NCBI GenBank assembly: GCA_963663165.1
Contig: OY760175.1
Location: forward strand, 1,504,001-1,568,000
Origin: an uncultured Desulfospira sp.
Lineage (GTDB): Bacteria > Desulfobacterota > Desulfobacteria > Desulfobacterales > Desulfobacteraceae
Reading direction: 5' to 3'
Length of the DNA stretch: 64,000 nt
Shown here: in pieces, positions 9,730-19,084 of the stretch
Layout: each line of letters starts with the position of its first letter
How positions within the stretch are numbered: the stretch's first letter is position 1
Translations under genes and position numbers: made by a program
The notes under the pieces: generated by a model
Told to the model about the DNA's origin: nothing
Database searches by the model: none
The model's input: only the letters and a program-made list of their open reading frames with translations

Positions 9730-10476
9730 ATGAACCAGGAATTTATAACCGACCTGCTGTCCCGGGTGGCCGACGGGAGCCTGGATGTCAAAGACGCATC
9801 AGACAAGCTTAAACACCTGTCCTTTGAAGACATTGATTTTGCTCACATCGATCATCACCGCTCCCTTCGCAAAGGGTTTCCCGAAGTGATTTTCGGCCAG
9901 GGCAAGACCAGTGAACAGATCAACGGCATCCTTGAACGGATGGACCATGAAAACCAGATCCTGGTCACCCGGATTGATGCCCAAAAGGCCGCTGATGTGC
10001 AGCAAAAGTTCAGCCGTGCCGAATATTTTGAAGATGCCAGGCTGCTTCGAATACAAAACAGCCCCGCTGTCATCACGGGTAAAGGCACTATATTAATTGT
10101 CAGTGCCGGGACATCGGATATTCCCGTGGCCAAAGAGGCCCTTATTACAGCCGAAACCATGGGAAACCGTGTCCAAACCCTTTATGACGTAGGCGTGGCC
10201 GGGATTCACCGGCTGTTTGCCTATCAGCAGACCATTGTTGAGGCCGATGTGATTGTGGTGGCCGCCGGCATGGAAGGGGCCCTGCCCAGTGTGGTGGCCG
10301 GCATGGTCAAGGCCCCGATCATTGCCGTGCCCACCAGTGTGGGCTACGGTACCAGCTTTAACGGCCTGACCGCGTTGCTCGGGATGCTCAACTCGTGCAG
10401 CTCCAACGTGGCGGTGGTGAACATCGACAATGGATTTGGGGCGGGGTATATGGCATCGGCTATTAATCATGTTTAA
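9730..10476 (+). CDS. larB: Nickel-pincer cofactor biosynthesis protein LarB (PurE-related)
   Basis: DHHRSLRKGFPEVIFGQGK, AGTSDIPVA, DVGVAGIHRL, AGMEGALPSV, VPTSVGYG, VNIDNGFGA. Confidence 0.92.
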   Translation: MNQEFITDLLSRVADGSLDVKDASDKLKHLSFEDIDFAHIDHHRSLRKGFPEVIFGQGKTSEQINGILERMDHENQILVTRIDAQKAADVQQKFSRAEYFEDARLLRIQNSPAVITGKGTILIVSAGTSDIPVAKEALITAETMGNRVQTLYDVGVAGIHRLFAYQQTIVEADVIVVAAGMEGALPSVVAGMVKAPIIAVPTSVGYGTSFNGLTALLGMLNSCSSNVAVVNIDNGFGAGYMASAINHV

Positions 10477-10484
10477 TTTTTTTG

Positions 10485-10511
10485 TTGACAGACAGGAAAT
10501 TAATATATAAT
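10485..10511 (+). promoter_or_regulatory. Putative sigma70 promoter of the ilv/leu operon
   Basis: TTGACA (10485) and TATAAT (10506) upstream of the leader ORF; the 15-nt spacing is short. Confidence 0.5.
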
Positions 10512-10539
10512 AAATCAAATTAAGAAAGAGTGAATATTT

Positions 10540-10623
10540 ATGATAAATAATATAATTAACATTCTACTAGTTGTCATTATCGTGGAGGTGGTCCTTGACA
10601 CCTCCCAACGACGGGGCTCCTAG
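10540..10623 (+). CDS. Ile/Leu/Val-rich attenuator leader peptide (MINNIINILLVVIIVEVVLDTSQRRGS)
   Basis: 27-codon ORF with 14 I/L/V codons, directly upstream of a terminator hairpin and ilvD. Confidence 0.85.
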   Translation: MINNIINILLVVIIVEVVLDTSQRRGS

Positions 10624-10645
10624 TGGCATAAATTAAGACTCAACC

Positions 10646-10692
10646 AAAAAAGCCGTTATCAGCCCCAAAGGGGGGGCAGATAACGGCTTTTT
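10646..10692 (+). terminator. Attenuator (intrinsic terminator) of the ilvD operon
   Basis: AAAAAGCCGTTATCAGCCCC-loop-GGGGCAGATAACGGCTTTTT, ending 6 nt before the ilvD ATG. Confidence 0.85.
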
Positions 10693-10698
10693 CAGTTT

Positions 10699-12417
10699 AT
10701 GGAGATTTTAAAAAAAATGAGAAGCCATATTGCAACCAAGGGCGTTGCCAGAGCCCCCCACAGAAGCCTTATGAAAGCCATGGGGTATACGGACCGTGAG
10801 ATCCGCCAGCCCCTGATCGGCATTGCCAATTCAGCCAATGAGCTCATCCCGGGACACATGCACCTGGACAACATCGTTAAAGCCGTGAAAGCCGGGGTCT
10901 CCATGGCCGGGGGAACCCCCATGGAATTCTCCACCATCGGGGTATGCGACGGCATTGCCATGAACCATGCGGGCATGCATTATTCCCTGGCATCCAGGGA
11001 ACTGATTGCCGACTCCATTGAGGTTACGGCCACGGCCCATCCCTTTGACGCCATTGTCCTGGTCCCCAACTGCGACAAAATTGTGCCGGGCATGCTCATG
11101 GCCGCGGCCCGGCTGAACATCCCGGCCATTTTCATCAGCGGCGGCCCCATGCTGGCCGGAAAACATCCGGATGATAAAACCCAAAAAGTCGACCTGATTT
11201 CCGTGTTTGAGGCTGTCGGGGCATTCCAGGCCGGCAAAATCGACCAGGCCCAGATGGACCGGATCGAAGACTGTGCCTGTCCCACCTGCGGGTCCTGTGC
11301 CGGCATGTTCACGGCCAACTCCATGAACTGCCTGACTGAGGCCATTGGCATGGCCCTGCCCGGCAACGGCACCATCCCGGAACCCATGTCCGAAAGAATC
11401 CGGCTGGCCAAGGAAACCGGCATTAAAATCATGGAACTGCTGGAAAAGAACATTACCCCGGACAAGATCATGACCCGGACCGCCTTTATGAACGCTTTAG
11501 CCGTTGACATGGCCCTTGGCTGTTCCACCAACACGGTCCTTCATTTAAAGGCCGTGGCCGCCGAAGCCGGGGTGGACATTGACCTTAACCTGATCAACGA
11601 GGTCAGCGCCAAGACCCCCCATCTGTGTTCCCTGAGCCCGGGCGGTCCCGACCACATTGAGGACCTCAACCATGCCGGCGGCATCCAGGCGGTAATGAAA
11701 GAACTCAGCGATCATGGAATGCTGGAGACCGGCATCATCACCGCCACCGGAAACACCCTGAAAGAAAATCTTGATACCGTTGAGGTCAAAGACAGACAGG
11801 TTATCCGGCCCGTTGAAGATCCCTACCATAAACAGGGAGGGCTTGCGGTGCTGTTCGGCAACCTGGCCCCGGAAGGGTGCGTGGTCAAGCAGTCTGCCGT
11901 GTTGGAAGAAATGCTGGTCCACCAGGGGCCTGCCCGGGTTTTTGATTCCGAAGAAGATGCCACCGCCGCCATCCTGGACTGTAAAATCAACCCCGGTGAC
12001 GTGATCGTGATCCGGTATGAAGGACCGGCCGGGGGACCTGGCATGCGGGAGATGCTCACCCCGACCTCAGCCATTGCCGGCATGGGGCTTGACGCCACCT
12101 GTGCCCTGATTACCGACGGCCGGTTTTCAGGGGGGTCAAGAGGGGCATCCATCGGCCATATCAGCCCGGAGGCGGCTGAAGGCGGGCTCATTGCCGTGAT
12201 CAAAGAAAATGATCCCATCAAGATCAACATTCCTGAAAAAACCCTTGAACTCATGGTAGACGATCAGGAAATCAAGGCCCGGTTCAAAGAATGGCAGAAA
12301 CCGGAGCCCAAAATTAAAAAAGGATATATGGCCCGGTATGCCCGGCAGGTCAGTTCGGCCGGCCACGGGGCGGTGTTCAAGATACAAGAGACAAGAAACA
12401 AGAAACAAGAAATTTGA
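10699..12417 (+). CDS. ilvD: Dihydroxy-acid dehydratase
   Basis: [55 protein letters not shown]. Confidence 0.97.
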   Translation: MEILKKMRSHIATKGVARAPHRSLMKAMGYTDREIRQPLIGIANSANELIPGHMHLDNIVKAVKAGVSMAGGTPMEFSTIGVCDGIAMNHAGMHYSLASRELIADSIEVTATAHPFDAIVLVPNCDKIVPGMLMAAARLNIPAIFISGGPMLAGKHPDDKTQKVDLISVFEAVGAFQAGKIDQAQMDRIEDCACPTCGSCAGMFTANSMNCLTEAIGMALPGNGTIPEPMSERIRLAKETGIKIMELLEKNITPDKIMTRTAFMNALAVDMALGCSTNTVLHLKAVAAEAGVDIDLNLINEVSAKTPHLCSLSPGGPDHIEDLNHAGGIQAVMKELSDHGMLETGIITATGNTLKENLDTVEVKDRQVIRPVEDPYHKQGGLAVLFGNLAPEGCVVKQSAVLEEMLVHQGPARVFDSEEDATAAILDCKINPGDVIVIRYEGPAGGPGMREMLTPTSAIAGMGLDATCALITDGRFSGGSRGASIGHISPEAAEGGLIAVIKENDPIKINIPEKTLELMVDDQEIKARFKEWQKPEPKIKKGYMARYARQVSSAGHGAVFKIQETRNKKQEI

Positions 12418-12522
12418 AACAAGAAACAAGAAATTCGAAACGAGATACAAGAAAAATAAAGGAACTCAGACTGGATACAGGACAAGAATTCTTGTTTCTT
12501 GTATCTAGTTTCTAGTTTCTTG
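12381..12522. repeat. Heptamer arrays (ACAAGAA)n ... (TTCTTGT)n in inverted arrangement
   Basis: Read directly from sequence; overlaps the ilvD 3' end. Confidence 0.8.
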
Positions 12523-12534
12523 ATCGGAGACCCA

Positions 12535-14226
12535 ATGAAACTCACAGGGGCACAGGTCCTCATAAAAATGATTAAGGCCCAGGGCGTGGACACCATTTTC
12601 GGATATCCCGGAGGGGCCACCATTGACATCCACGACGAACTTTACCGTCACAAAGATATCCGCCATATCCTGGTCCGCCACGAGCAGGGGGCGGTCCATG
12701 CGGCAGATGCCTATTCCAGAACCCATGGCACAACCGGTGTGGCCCTGGTCACCTCGGGCCCCGGGGCCACCAACGCGGTCACGGGCCTTGCCTCGGCCCA
12801 TTCAGATTCCATTCCCATGGTGGTCTTTACCGGCCAGGTGCCCACAGGGCTCATCGGCAATGACGCTTTCCAGGAAGTGGATATCGTGGGCATCACCCGG
12901 CCATGCACCAAACACAACTACCTGGTCAAAGATCCGGACAAGCTGGCCGCCATCATCCAGGAGGCCTTTTACATTGCCCGGTCCGGCCGGCCCGGGCCGG
13001 TTCTGGTGGATCTGCCTAAAAACATTATCCAGGCCCAGATTGACTTTCAAATGCCCGAAGAAACCAAGCTGCGCTCGTATAAACCCAATTACAAGCCCAA
13101 CAAAAAGCAGATGGCCAAAGTGGTCTCCATGATCCAGAAAGCCAAAAAGCCCCTTATCATGGCCGGGGGCGGGATTATTCTGTCAAAGGCGTCCAAAGAG
13201 ATTACCAAAATTGCCGAACTGACCCGGATACCGGTCACCGGCACCCTCATGGGCCTTGGGGCTTTTCCCGGCTCCCATCCCTTGTGGCTTGGCATGCCCG
13301 GCATGCACGGGACCTTTCGGGCCAACATGAGCATCGGCCACTGCGACCTGATCCTGGCGGCCGGGGTGAGGTTTGACGACCGGGTCACGGGAAAGATTGA
13401 GAGCTTTGCCCCCAACGCCAAGATTATCCAGATTGACATTGACCCCACCTCTATCCACAAAAACATCGAGGTCCACTGCCCCATTGTGGGAGACTGTAAA
13501 AACGCCCTGAAAGGTATTCTGGATCTCCTTGAAAAAGAAACGCCTGAATCCCTTACAAAGGACCGGGATGCCTGGCTTGAGCAGATCGACCAGTGGAAAC
13601 AGACCATGCCGCTCCAATATGTTCAGGATGAAAAGACCATTAAACCCCAGTTTGTGGTGGAAAAACTCTATGAAGTCACCAGGGGAGAGGCCATTATCAC
13701 CACTGAGGTAGGGCAGAACCAGATGTGGGCGGCCCAGTATTACCACTTTGATAAGCCCAACCATTTTGTCACCTCGGGGGGCTTGGGTGTCATGGGGTTC
13801 GGCCTGCCCGCCGCTATTGGTGCCAAGGCGGCCTGCCCGGACAAAGTTGTCGTTGATATTGCCGGAGACGGCTCCATCCAGATGAACAGCCAGGAACTCA
13901 TGACCGCGGTTGAATCCAAACTGGACGTTAAAATTGTGATCCTTAACAACCGGTACCTGGGCATGGTCCGCCAGTGGCAGGAACTGTTTTATGACAAGGT
14001 CTATTCCGCCACCAACATGGAAAATGCCCCGGACTTTGTCAAACTGGCCGATGCATACGGGGCCAAAGGATTCCGGTGTGATGACCCCGCAAAGGTGGAA
14101 GAGACCTTAAAGGAGGGATTAAACACGCCGGGCACGGTGATCATGGAGTTTGTTGTTGAACGGGAAGAGTCGGTCTACCCCATGGTGCCGGCCGGCAAAT
14201 CCATTACGGACATGCTGCTGGTGTAA
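12535..14226 (+). CDS. ilvB: Acetolactate synthase large subunit
   Basis: FGYPGG, RHEQGA, TSGPGATN, GMHG, RFDDRVTG, GDGS..MN, LGMVRQWQ; start at MKLTGAQ. Confidence 0.96.
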   Translation: MKLTGAQVLIKMIKAQGVDTIFGYPGGATIDIHDELYRHKDIRHILVRHEQGAVHAADAYSRTHGTTGVALVTSGPGATNAVTGLASAHSDSIPMVVFTGQVPTGLIGNDAFQEVDIVGITRPCTKHNYLVKDPDKLAAIIQEAFYIARSGRPGPVLVDLPKNIIQAQIDFQMPEETKLRSYKPNYKPNKKQMAKVVSMIQKAKKPLIMAGGGIILSKASKEITKIAELTRIPVTGTLMGLGAFPGSHPLWLGMPGMHGTFRANMSIGHCDLILAAGVRFDDRVTGKIESFAPNAKIIQIDIDPTSIHKNIEVHCPIVGDCKNALKGILDLLEKETPESLTKDRDAWLEQIDQWKQTMPLQYVQDEKTIKPQFVVEKLYEVTRGEAIITTEVGQNQMWAAQYYHFDKPNHFVTSGGLGVMGFGLPAAIGAKAACPDKVVVDIAGDGSIQMNSQELMTAVESKLDVKIVILNNRYLGMVRQWQELFYDKVYSATNMENAPDFVKLADAYGAKGFRCDDPAKVEETLKEGLNTPGTVIMEFVVEREESVYPMVPAGKSITDMLLV

Positions 14227-14243
14227 ACACAAAGGAAACTCAA

Positions 14244-14735
14244 ATGGAAAAAAACAGATACGTACTATCGATTCTCGTTGACAACGAACCCGGGGTCCTG
14301 TCCCGGATTGCCGGTCTGTTTTCCGGCAGGGGATTTAACATCGATTCTTTGAGCGTGGCCGAAACCATTGACCCTGAAGTCTCAAGGATCACCATGGTCA
14401 CCAGCTGTGATACCCACATCATTGAACAGATTAAAAAGCAGCTCCATAAACTGATCAATGTCATCACGGTAACCGACCTGACGGAAAAAAAATTTGTGGA
14501 GCGACAGCTGGCCCTGATCAAGGTCCATGCCAAGCCGGAAAAACGGGCCGAAATTTTAAGAATTGTGGACATCTTCAAAGCCAAGGTAATTGATGCCGGC
14601 CATACCCACTATATCATTGAGATTTCAGGGGACATGGAAAAACACGAGGCATTTATCTCTTTATTAAAACCCATGGGAATCATGGAGGTGGCCAATACCG
14701 GCACCATTGCCCTGGCCCGTGAACCTTTAAAATAA
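14244..14735 (+). CDS. ilvN: Acetolactate synthase small (regulatory) subunit
   Basis: LVDNEPGVLSRIAGLFSGRGFNIDSL ACT domain. Confidence 0.96.
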   Translation: MEKNRYVLSILVDNEPGVLSRIAGLFSGRGFNIDSLSVAETIDPEVSRITMVTSCDTHIIEQIKKQLHKLINVITVTDLTEKKFVERQLALIKVHAKPEKRAEILRIVDIFKAKVIDAGHTHYIIEISGDMEKHEAFISLLKPMGIMEVANTGTIALAREPLK

Positions 14736-14745
14736 CCATCAGGAC

Positions 14746-14827
14746 ATGGGATATGGGACTTGGGACCTGGGACTTGCTTAAAAAAATTTGCAGGGCAATC
14801 CAAATCCCATATCTCAAGTCCCAAGTC
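14746..14827. repeat. Inverted heptamer arrays (TGGGACT)n/(AGTCCCA)n
   Basis: atgggat atgggac ttgggac ctgggac ... atcccat atctcaa gtcccaa. Confidence 0.75.
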
Positions 14828-14849
14828 TTTCATAAAATTAGGAAAGAAT

Positions 14850-16451
14850 ATGGAAAACGTCTTTCTTTACGACACCACCCTAAGGGACGGGATGCAGGGA
14901 GAAAACATCTTTTTCTCGCCCGAGGACAAGCTCAAAATTGCCAGGCGCCTGGATGATGCCGGTATCCATTACATTGAAGGCGGATGGCCGGGGTCCAATC
15001 CCGGGGCCCAGCATTTTTTTGAGCTTGCGGCAAAACAAACCTTCAAGCATGCCAGGATTGCCGCATTCGGCTCCACCCGGCGGCAGGGCATCCCATGCGA
15101 ACAGGACCCGAATCTTTCCGCGCTCATTGCCTCCAAAGCGCCGGTAATCACCATATTCGGCAAATCCTGGGATCTTCACGTCACCGAGGTCATGGAGAAC
15201 ACCAGAGCAGAAAACCTGGACATGATCACCGGGTCCGTGGCCTATCTCATGGGCCATGGCCGGGAAGTGATCTACGATGCCGAACACTTTTTTGACGGAT
15301 ACAAGGCCAATAAAGCCTTTGCTTTAGAAACCCTTGAAGCTGCGGTCAAAGGGGGCACCGACACCCTGGTGCTATGCGATACCAACGGCGGGTCCACCCC
15401 CTGTGAGATTGAAGACATTACCCGGGCCGTGGCGGCTCATTTTAAGGCAACCCCGGGGATCAAAATTGGGATTCATACCCATGACGACTGTGCCATGGCC
15501 GTGGCCAATGCGGTTACCGCCGTTCATGCCGGGGCCGTGATGGTCCAGGGCACCATTAACGGATACGGGGAGAGGTGCGGAAATGCCGATTTAACGGCCA
15601 TCATCCCCATCCTTGCCCTGAAAATGAACCGGAACTGCATCTCAAAAGAAAACCTGGCCAAGCTGCAGAACCTGTCCCGGTTTGTGTCCGAGACGGCCAA
15701 TATGCCGCCGGTCAGCACCCGGGCCTTTGTGGGAAAATCCGCCTTTGCCCACAAGGGAGGGGTCCATGTCTCGGCCATCATGAAGAACCCCAAAGCCTAT
15801 GAGCATATCAGTCCGGAACTGGTGGGCAATGTGAGACGGGTGCTGGTGTCTGAACAATCGGGAAAAAGCAATATAAGGTACAAGGCCCGGGAACTCGGGG
15901 TGGACATAGGAGACGATGAGCGGATTCACCGCCAGATCGTTTCCACCATCAAGGACCTGGAAGACGACGGGTTTGAATTTGATGCGGCGGAAGGCTCCTT
16001 GAAGCTGATCATGGAAAAGATCACCGAACAGTACCAGTCCTACTTTGACCTGGAATCTTTCCGGGTAATGGTGGAAAAGGACAAGGAAAACCCCTGCTAC
16101 TCCCATGCCATGATCAAAATCCGGGTAGGGGACAAAACCGAAATCACATCCGCCGAAGGCGACGGCCCGGTATCGGCCCTGGATAACGCCTTAAGAAAGG
16201 CCTTGTCCACCATTTATCCCCAGATCCAGGACATGCACCTGGTGGACTTTAAGGTCCGTGTCATTGACGGGTCAGACGGCACCGATGCCAAGGTCAGGGT
16301 ATTGATTGAATCCAGGGATGCGGAAAATATCTTTTCCACCATCGGGGTGTCCGAAGATATTATTGATGCCAGCTGGCAGGCTCTGGAAGACAGTTTCCAA
16401 TATAAGCTTAGTCTGGATAAGAATGTGGCAAACGGGAATAACGGTATATGA
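14850..16451 (+). CDS. cimA: Citramalate synthase
   Basis: YDTTLRDGMQGE, YIEGGWPGSNP, AFGSTRR, IFGKSWDLHV, YDAEHFFDGYK, AHKGGVHVSA. Confidence 0.92.
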   Translation: MENVFLYDTTLRDGMQGENIFFSPEDKLKIARRLDDAGIHYIEGGWPGSNPGAQHFFELAAKQTFKHARIAAFGSTRRQGIPCEQDPNLSALIASKAPVITIFGKSWDLHVTEVMENTRAENLDMITGSVAYLMGHGREVIYDAEHFFDGYKANKAFALETLEAAVKGGTDTLVLCDTNGGSTPCEIEDITRAVAAHFKATPGIKIGIHTHDDCAMAVANAVTAVHAGAVMVQGTINGYGERCGNADLTAIIPILALKMNRNCISKENLAKLQNLSRFVSETANMPPVSTRAFVGKSAFAHKGGVHVSAIMKNPKAYEHISPELVGNVRRVLVSEQSGKSNIRYKARELGVDIGDDERIHRQIVSTIKDLEDDGFEFDAAEGSLKLIMEKITEQYQSYFDLESFRVMVEKDKENPCYSHAMIKIRVGDKTEITSAEGDGPVSALDNALRKALSTIYPQIQDMHLVDFKVRVIDGSDGTDAKVRVLIESRDAENIFSTIGVSEDIIDASWQALEDSFQYKLSLDKNVANGNNGI

Positions 16452-16507
16452 GACTTGGGACTTGGGACTTGGGATAAATTCCCCATATCCCAAGTCCCAT
16501 ATCCCCA
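16446..16507. repeat. Inverted heptamer arrays (TTGGGAC)n/(TCCCAAG)n
   Basis: Same family as 14746-14827. Confidence 0.75.
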
Positions 16508-16532
16508 TAACATTTTATAAGAGGACGAAAAA

Positions 16533-18077
16533 ATGAGCGAATCAAATAGAATCATTGTATTTGACACCACCTTGAGGGACGGGGAACAGTCTCCGGGGGC
16601 CAGCATGAACCAGGCGGAAAAACTCAGGATTGCCACCCGCCTGGAAGACTTGGGGGTGGACGTGATCGAAGCCGGGTTCCCGGCGGCCTCACCAGGGGAT
16701 TATGAGGCGGTCAAGGCCATTGCCGGGGTTTTGAAAAAAAGCCAGATCGCGGCCCTGTGCCGGGCAAACGAAAGCGATATCTTAAGGGGATGGGACGCCA
16801 TCAAGGATGCGGCAAAACCCAGAATCCACACCTTTATTGCCACTTCGGAACTGCACATGAAGTACAAGCTTCAGATGGAAGCGGACGATGTCCTCAAGCA
16901 GGCCGTGGAAGCTGTCCGCCTGGCCAAAAGCTTTACGGACAACGTTGAATTCTCCGCCGAAGACGGGTCACGGTCCGACCCTGACTTTTTGTGTGCTGTC
17001 TTTAAGGCGGTGATCGAAGCCGGGGCCACCACGGTCAACCTGCCGGACACCGTGGGATACGCCATTCCCGAAGAATTCGGCAACATGGTCAAATATGTCA
17101 TGGCAAACACCCCCAACATGGACCAGGCCGTTTTAAGCGTTCACTGCCATAATGACCTGGGCCTTGCCACGGCCAATACCCTGGTGGCCATTCACAACGG
17201 GGCCCGGCAGGTGGAAACCACCATCAACGGCATTGGCGAGCGAGCCGGCAACACCTCCATGGAAGAGGTGGTCATGACCCTGAACACAAGGCCCAATTAC
17301 TATCCCCAGACCACCGGGATCGACACCACCAAAATCTATCCCTTAAGCCGTCTGGTTTCCATGATCACCGGGATCATGGTCCAGCCCAACCGGCCCATTG
17401 TGGGGGCCAATGCCTTTGCCCATGAAGCCGGGATTCACCAGGACGGGATCCTCAAAAACCCCATGACCTATGAGATCATGAAGCCTGAAACCGTAGGCAT
17501 TTCCACCAACAGCCTGGTATTGGGCAAACATTCGGGCCGCCATGCCCTTAAGGCCCATATCGAGGAAATGGGGTATGAACTGTCTGAACAAGACATCAAT
17601 GTGGTCTTTAAAAAGTTTAAAATCCTGGCTGACAAGAAAAAAAGAATCCAGGACGAAGACATTGAGGCCCTGATCAATGAAGGTGTCTTAAGAAGCTCAG
17701 AAGTCTTCAGCCTGGAGTACATCCATGTCGTAAGCGGCAACACCGTATACCCCACAGCCAGTGTCAAGCTGTTGATCAACGGCCGGCCGGCCCAGTGTTC
17801 CCTTGAAGGCACCGGCCCCATTGATGCCGTCTACAACGTGATTTCCAAGCTTACCGGCACCAAGTCCGAACTGCTCCGGTTTACCATCTCGGCGTTGACC
17901 GAAGGCACCGACGCCCAGGGCGAGGTGATTGTAAGGCTCAGGGAAGACGGCATCACGGCCCTGGGAAAAGGCTCGGATTCCGATATCATCACGGCCAGCG
18001 CCTTGGCCTATATCAACGGCCTGAACCGCCTCGAATACTTAAAGGAACACCCGCCCAAAAAACAGCAGGTGGTGTAA
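16533..18077 (+). CDS. leuA: 2-isopropylmalate synthase
   Basis: FDTTLRDGEQSPG, HCHNDLG, GIGERAGN, HEAGIHQDG, LGKHSGR, C-terminal regulatory domain. Confidence 0.96.
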   Translation: MSESNRIIVFDTTLRDGEQSPGASMNQAEKLRIATRLEDLGVDVIEAGFPAASPGDYEAVKAIAGVLKKSQIAALCRANESDILRGWDAIKDAAKPRIHTFIATSELHMKYKLQMEADDVLKQAVEAVRLAKSFTDNVEFSAEDGSRSDPDFLCAVFKAVIEAGATTVNLPDTVGYAIPEEFGNMVKYVMANTPNMDQAVLSVHCHNDLGLATANTLVAIHNGARQVETTINGIGERAGNTSMEEVVMTLNTRPNYYPQTTGIDTTKIYPLSRLVSMITGIMVQPNRPIVGANAFAHEAGIHQDGILKNPMTYEIMKPETVGISTNSLVLGKHSGRHALKAHIEEMGYELSEQDINVVFKKFKILADKKKRIQDEDIEALINEGVLRSSEVFSLEYIHVVSGNTVYPTASVKLLINGRPAQCSLEGTGPIDAVYNVISKLTGTKSELLRFTISALTEGTDAQGEVIVRLREDGITALGKGSDSDIITASALAYINGLNRLEYLKEHPPKKQQVV

Positions 18078-18124
18078 GCCAACAGGTTCATGCCGGGATT
18101 CGCTTTACCAGCCGAAACCCGGCA

Positions 18125-18173
18125 TTGACAAAACCGGCAAACTGAATTACCATTTTTTAAAAAAGGTAATTCA
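18125..18173 (+). promoter_or_regulatory. Promoter plus inverted-repeat operator of the TA operon
   Basis: TTGACA-N17-TACCAT overlapped by TGAATTACC...GGTAATTCA. Confidence 0.7.
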
Positions 18174-18185
18174 ACGAGGTGATTT

Positions 18186-18410
18186 ATGAGAAGCACAATC
18201 ACAGCACGGGGCCAGACAGTTATCCCGGCTGCCATTAGACAAAAATTTAATATAACCAGTGCGGATCGCTTAGAATGGATCATTGAAAATAATAATTTAC
18301 GGGTAGTGCCGGTTAAACCCAATCCAATTGATGAATTTCGTGGTAAAGGAAAAGGCGGGTCGGCCAAAAGACTTGTGGCCGACCGGAAAAAAGACCGGGG
18401 CCTTGAATGA
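18186..18410 (+). CDS. AbrB/MazE/SpoVT-family antitoxin
   Basis: STITARGQTVIPAAIRQKFNI; overlaps the downstream PIN gene (ATGA). Confidence 0.88.
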   Translation: MRSTITARGQTVIPAAIRQKFNITSADRLEWIIENNNLRVVPVKPNPIDEFRGKGKGGSAKRLVADRKKDRGLE

Positions 18411-18811
18411 AACGATATGTTTTAGATACATCGGCATTGTTAACTTTGCGCGATGATGAAAATGGTGCCGATATTGTCGCCGACCTGCTTTACGAGGCTC
18501 AAAATCAAAAATGCCGGTGCTACGGCTGTTTTCTTTCCCTTATGGAAATATTATACCGGGTCTGGAAGGATGAAGACGAAATGGCCGGCCGGATAGCTTA
18601 TGAACAATGCCAATCTTTGCCGATTACATGGATCCATGAAACCAAAGACCTGCTCGAACTTGCCGCTAAAATTAAAGCAGAAAACTCGCTTTCCGTTGTT
18701 GATGCCTGGATAGCGGCCGTTTCAATACACAAAGACGCTGTTTTGGTCCATAAAGACCCGGAATTTAAAACCATTTCGTATCCTCAGTTAGAACTTCCGT
18801 ACAAAAAATAG
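18407..18811 (+). CDS. PIN-domain (VapC-like) toxin
   Basis: YVLDTSALL, E in helix, LSVVDAWIAA, LVHKDPEF. Confidence 0.9.
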   Translation: MKRYVLDTSALLTLRDDENGADIVADLLYEAQNQKCRCYGCFLSLMEILYRVWKDEDEMAGRIAYEQCQSLPITWIHETKDLLELAAKIKAENSLSVVDAWIAAVSIHKDAVLVHKDPEFKTISYPQLELPYKK

Positions 18812-18850
18812 ACCTGCCGATTGAAACATATCCAGGCCAAACCAACATCA

Positions 18851-19034
18851 TATAACGGCCACGGGCCGCCTTGGTTATCCAACCAAGAACCGCCCACAAC
18901 GAATAATGAAAGTCTTCTCAGGACGTTAGTGAGACTTTCATATAACGGCCACGGGCCGCTTTGGTTATCCAACCAAGAGCCGCCCACAACAAATATTGAA
19001 AGTCTTTTCAGGACCTTAGTGAGACTTTCATATA
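18851..19034 (+). repeat. Two tandem copies of a 90-bp two-hairpin element
   Basis: Exact 90-nt period; hairpins CTTGGTT-ATCC-AACCAAG and ATGAAAGTCT...AGACTTTCAT; other copies at 32659-32751, 51810-51908 and 56601-56692. Confidence 0.9.
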
Positions 19035-19067
19035 AAAAAAGGCGGGCACATTTTTGTGCCCGCCTTT
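19035..19067. terminator. Intrinsic terminator (likely bidirectional)
   Basis: AAAGGCGGGCACA-loop-TGTGCCCGCCTTT between convergent genes. Confidence 0.8.
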
Positions 19068-19084
19068 AAGCTAATGGCTAACGG

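Noticed and set aside
18821..19069. 82-aa ORF with an internal duplication (and the antisense 67-aa ORF)
   Set aside because: It is a translation of the tandem 90-bp non-coding element.
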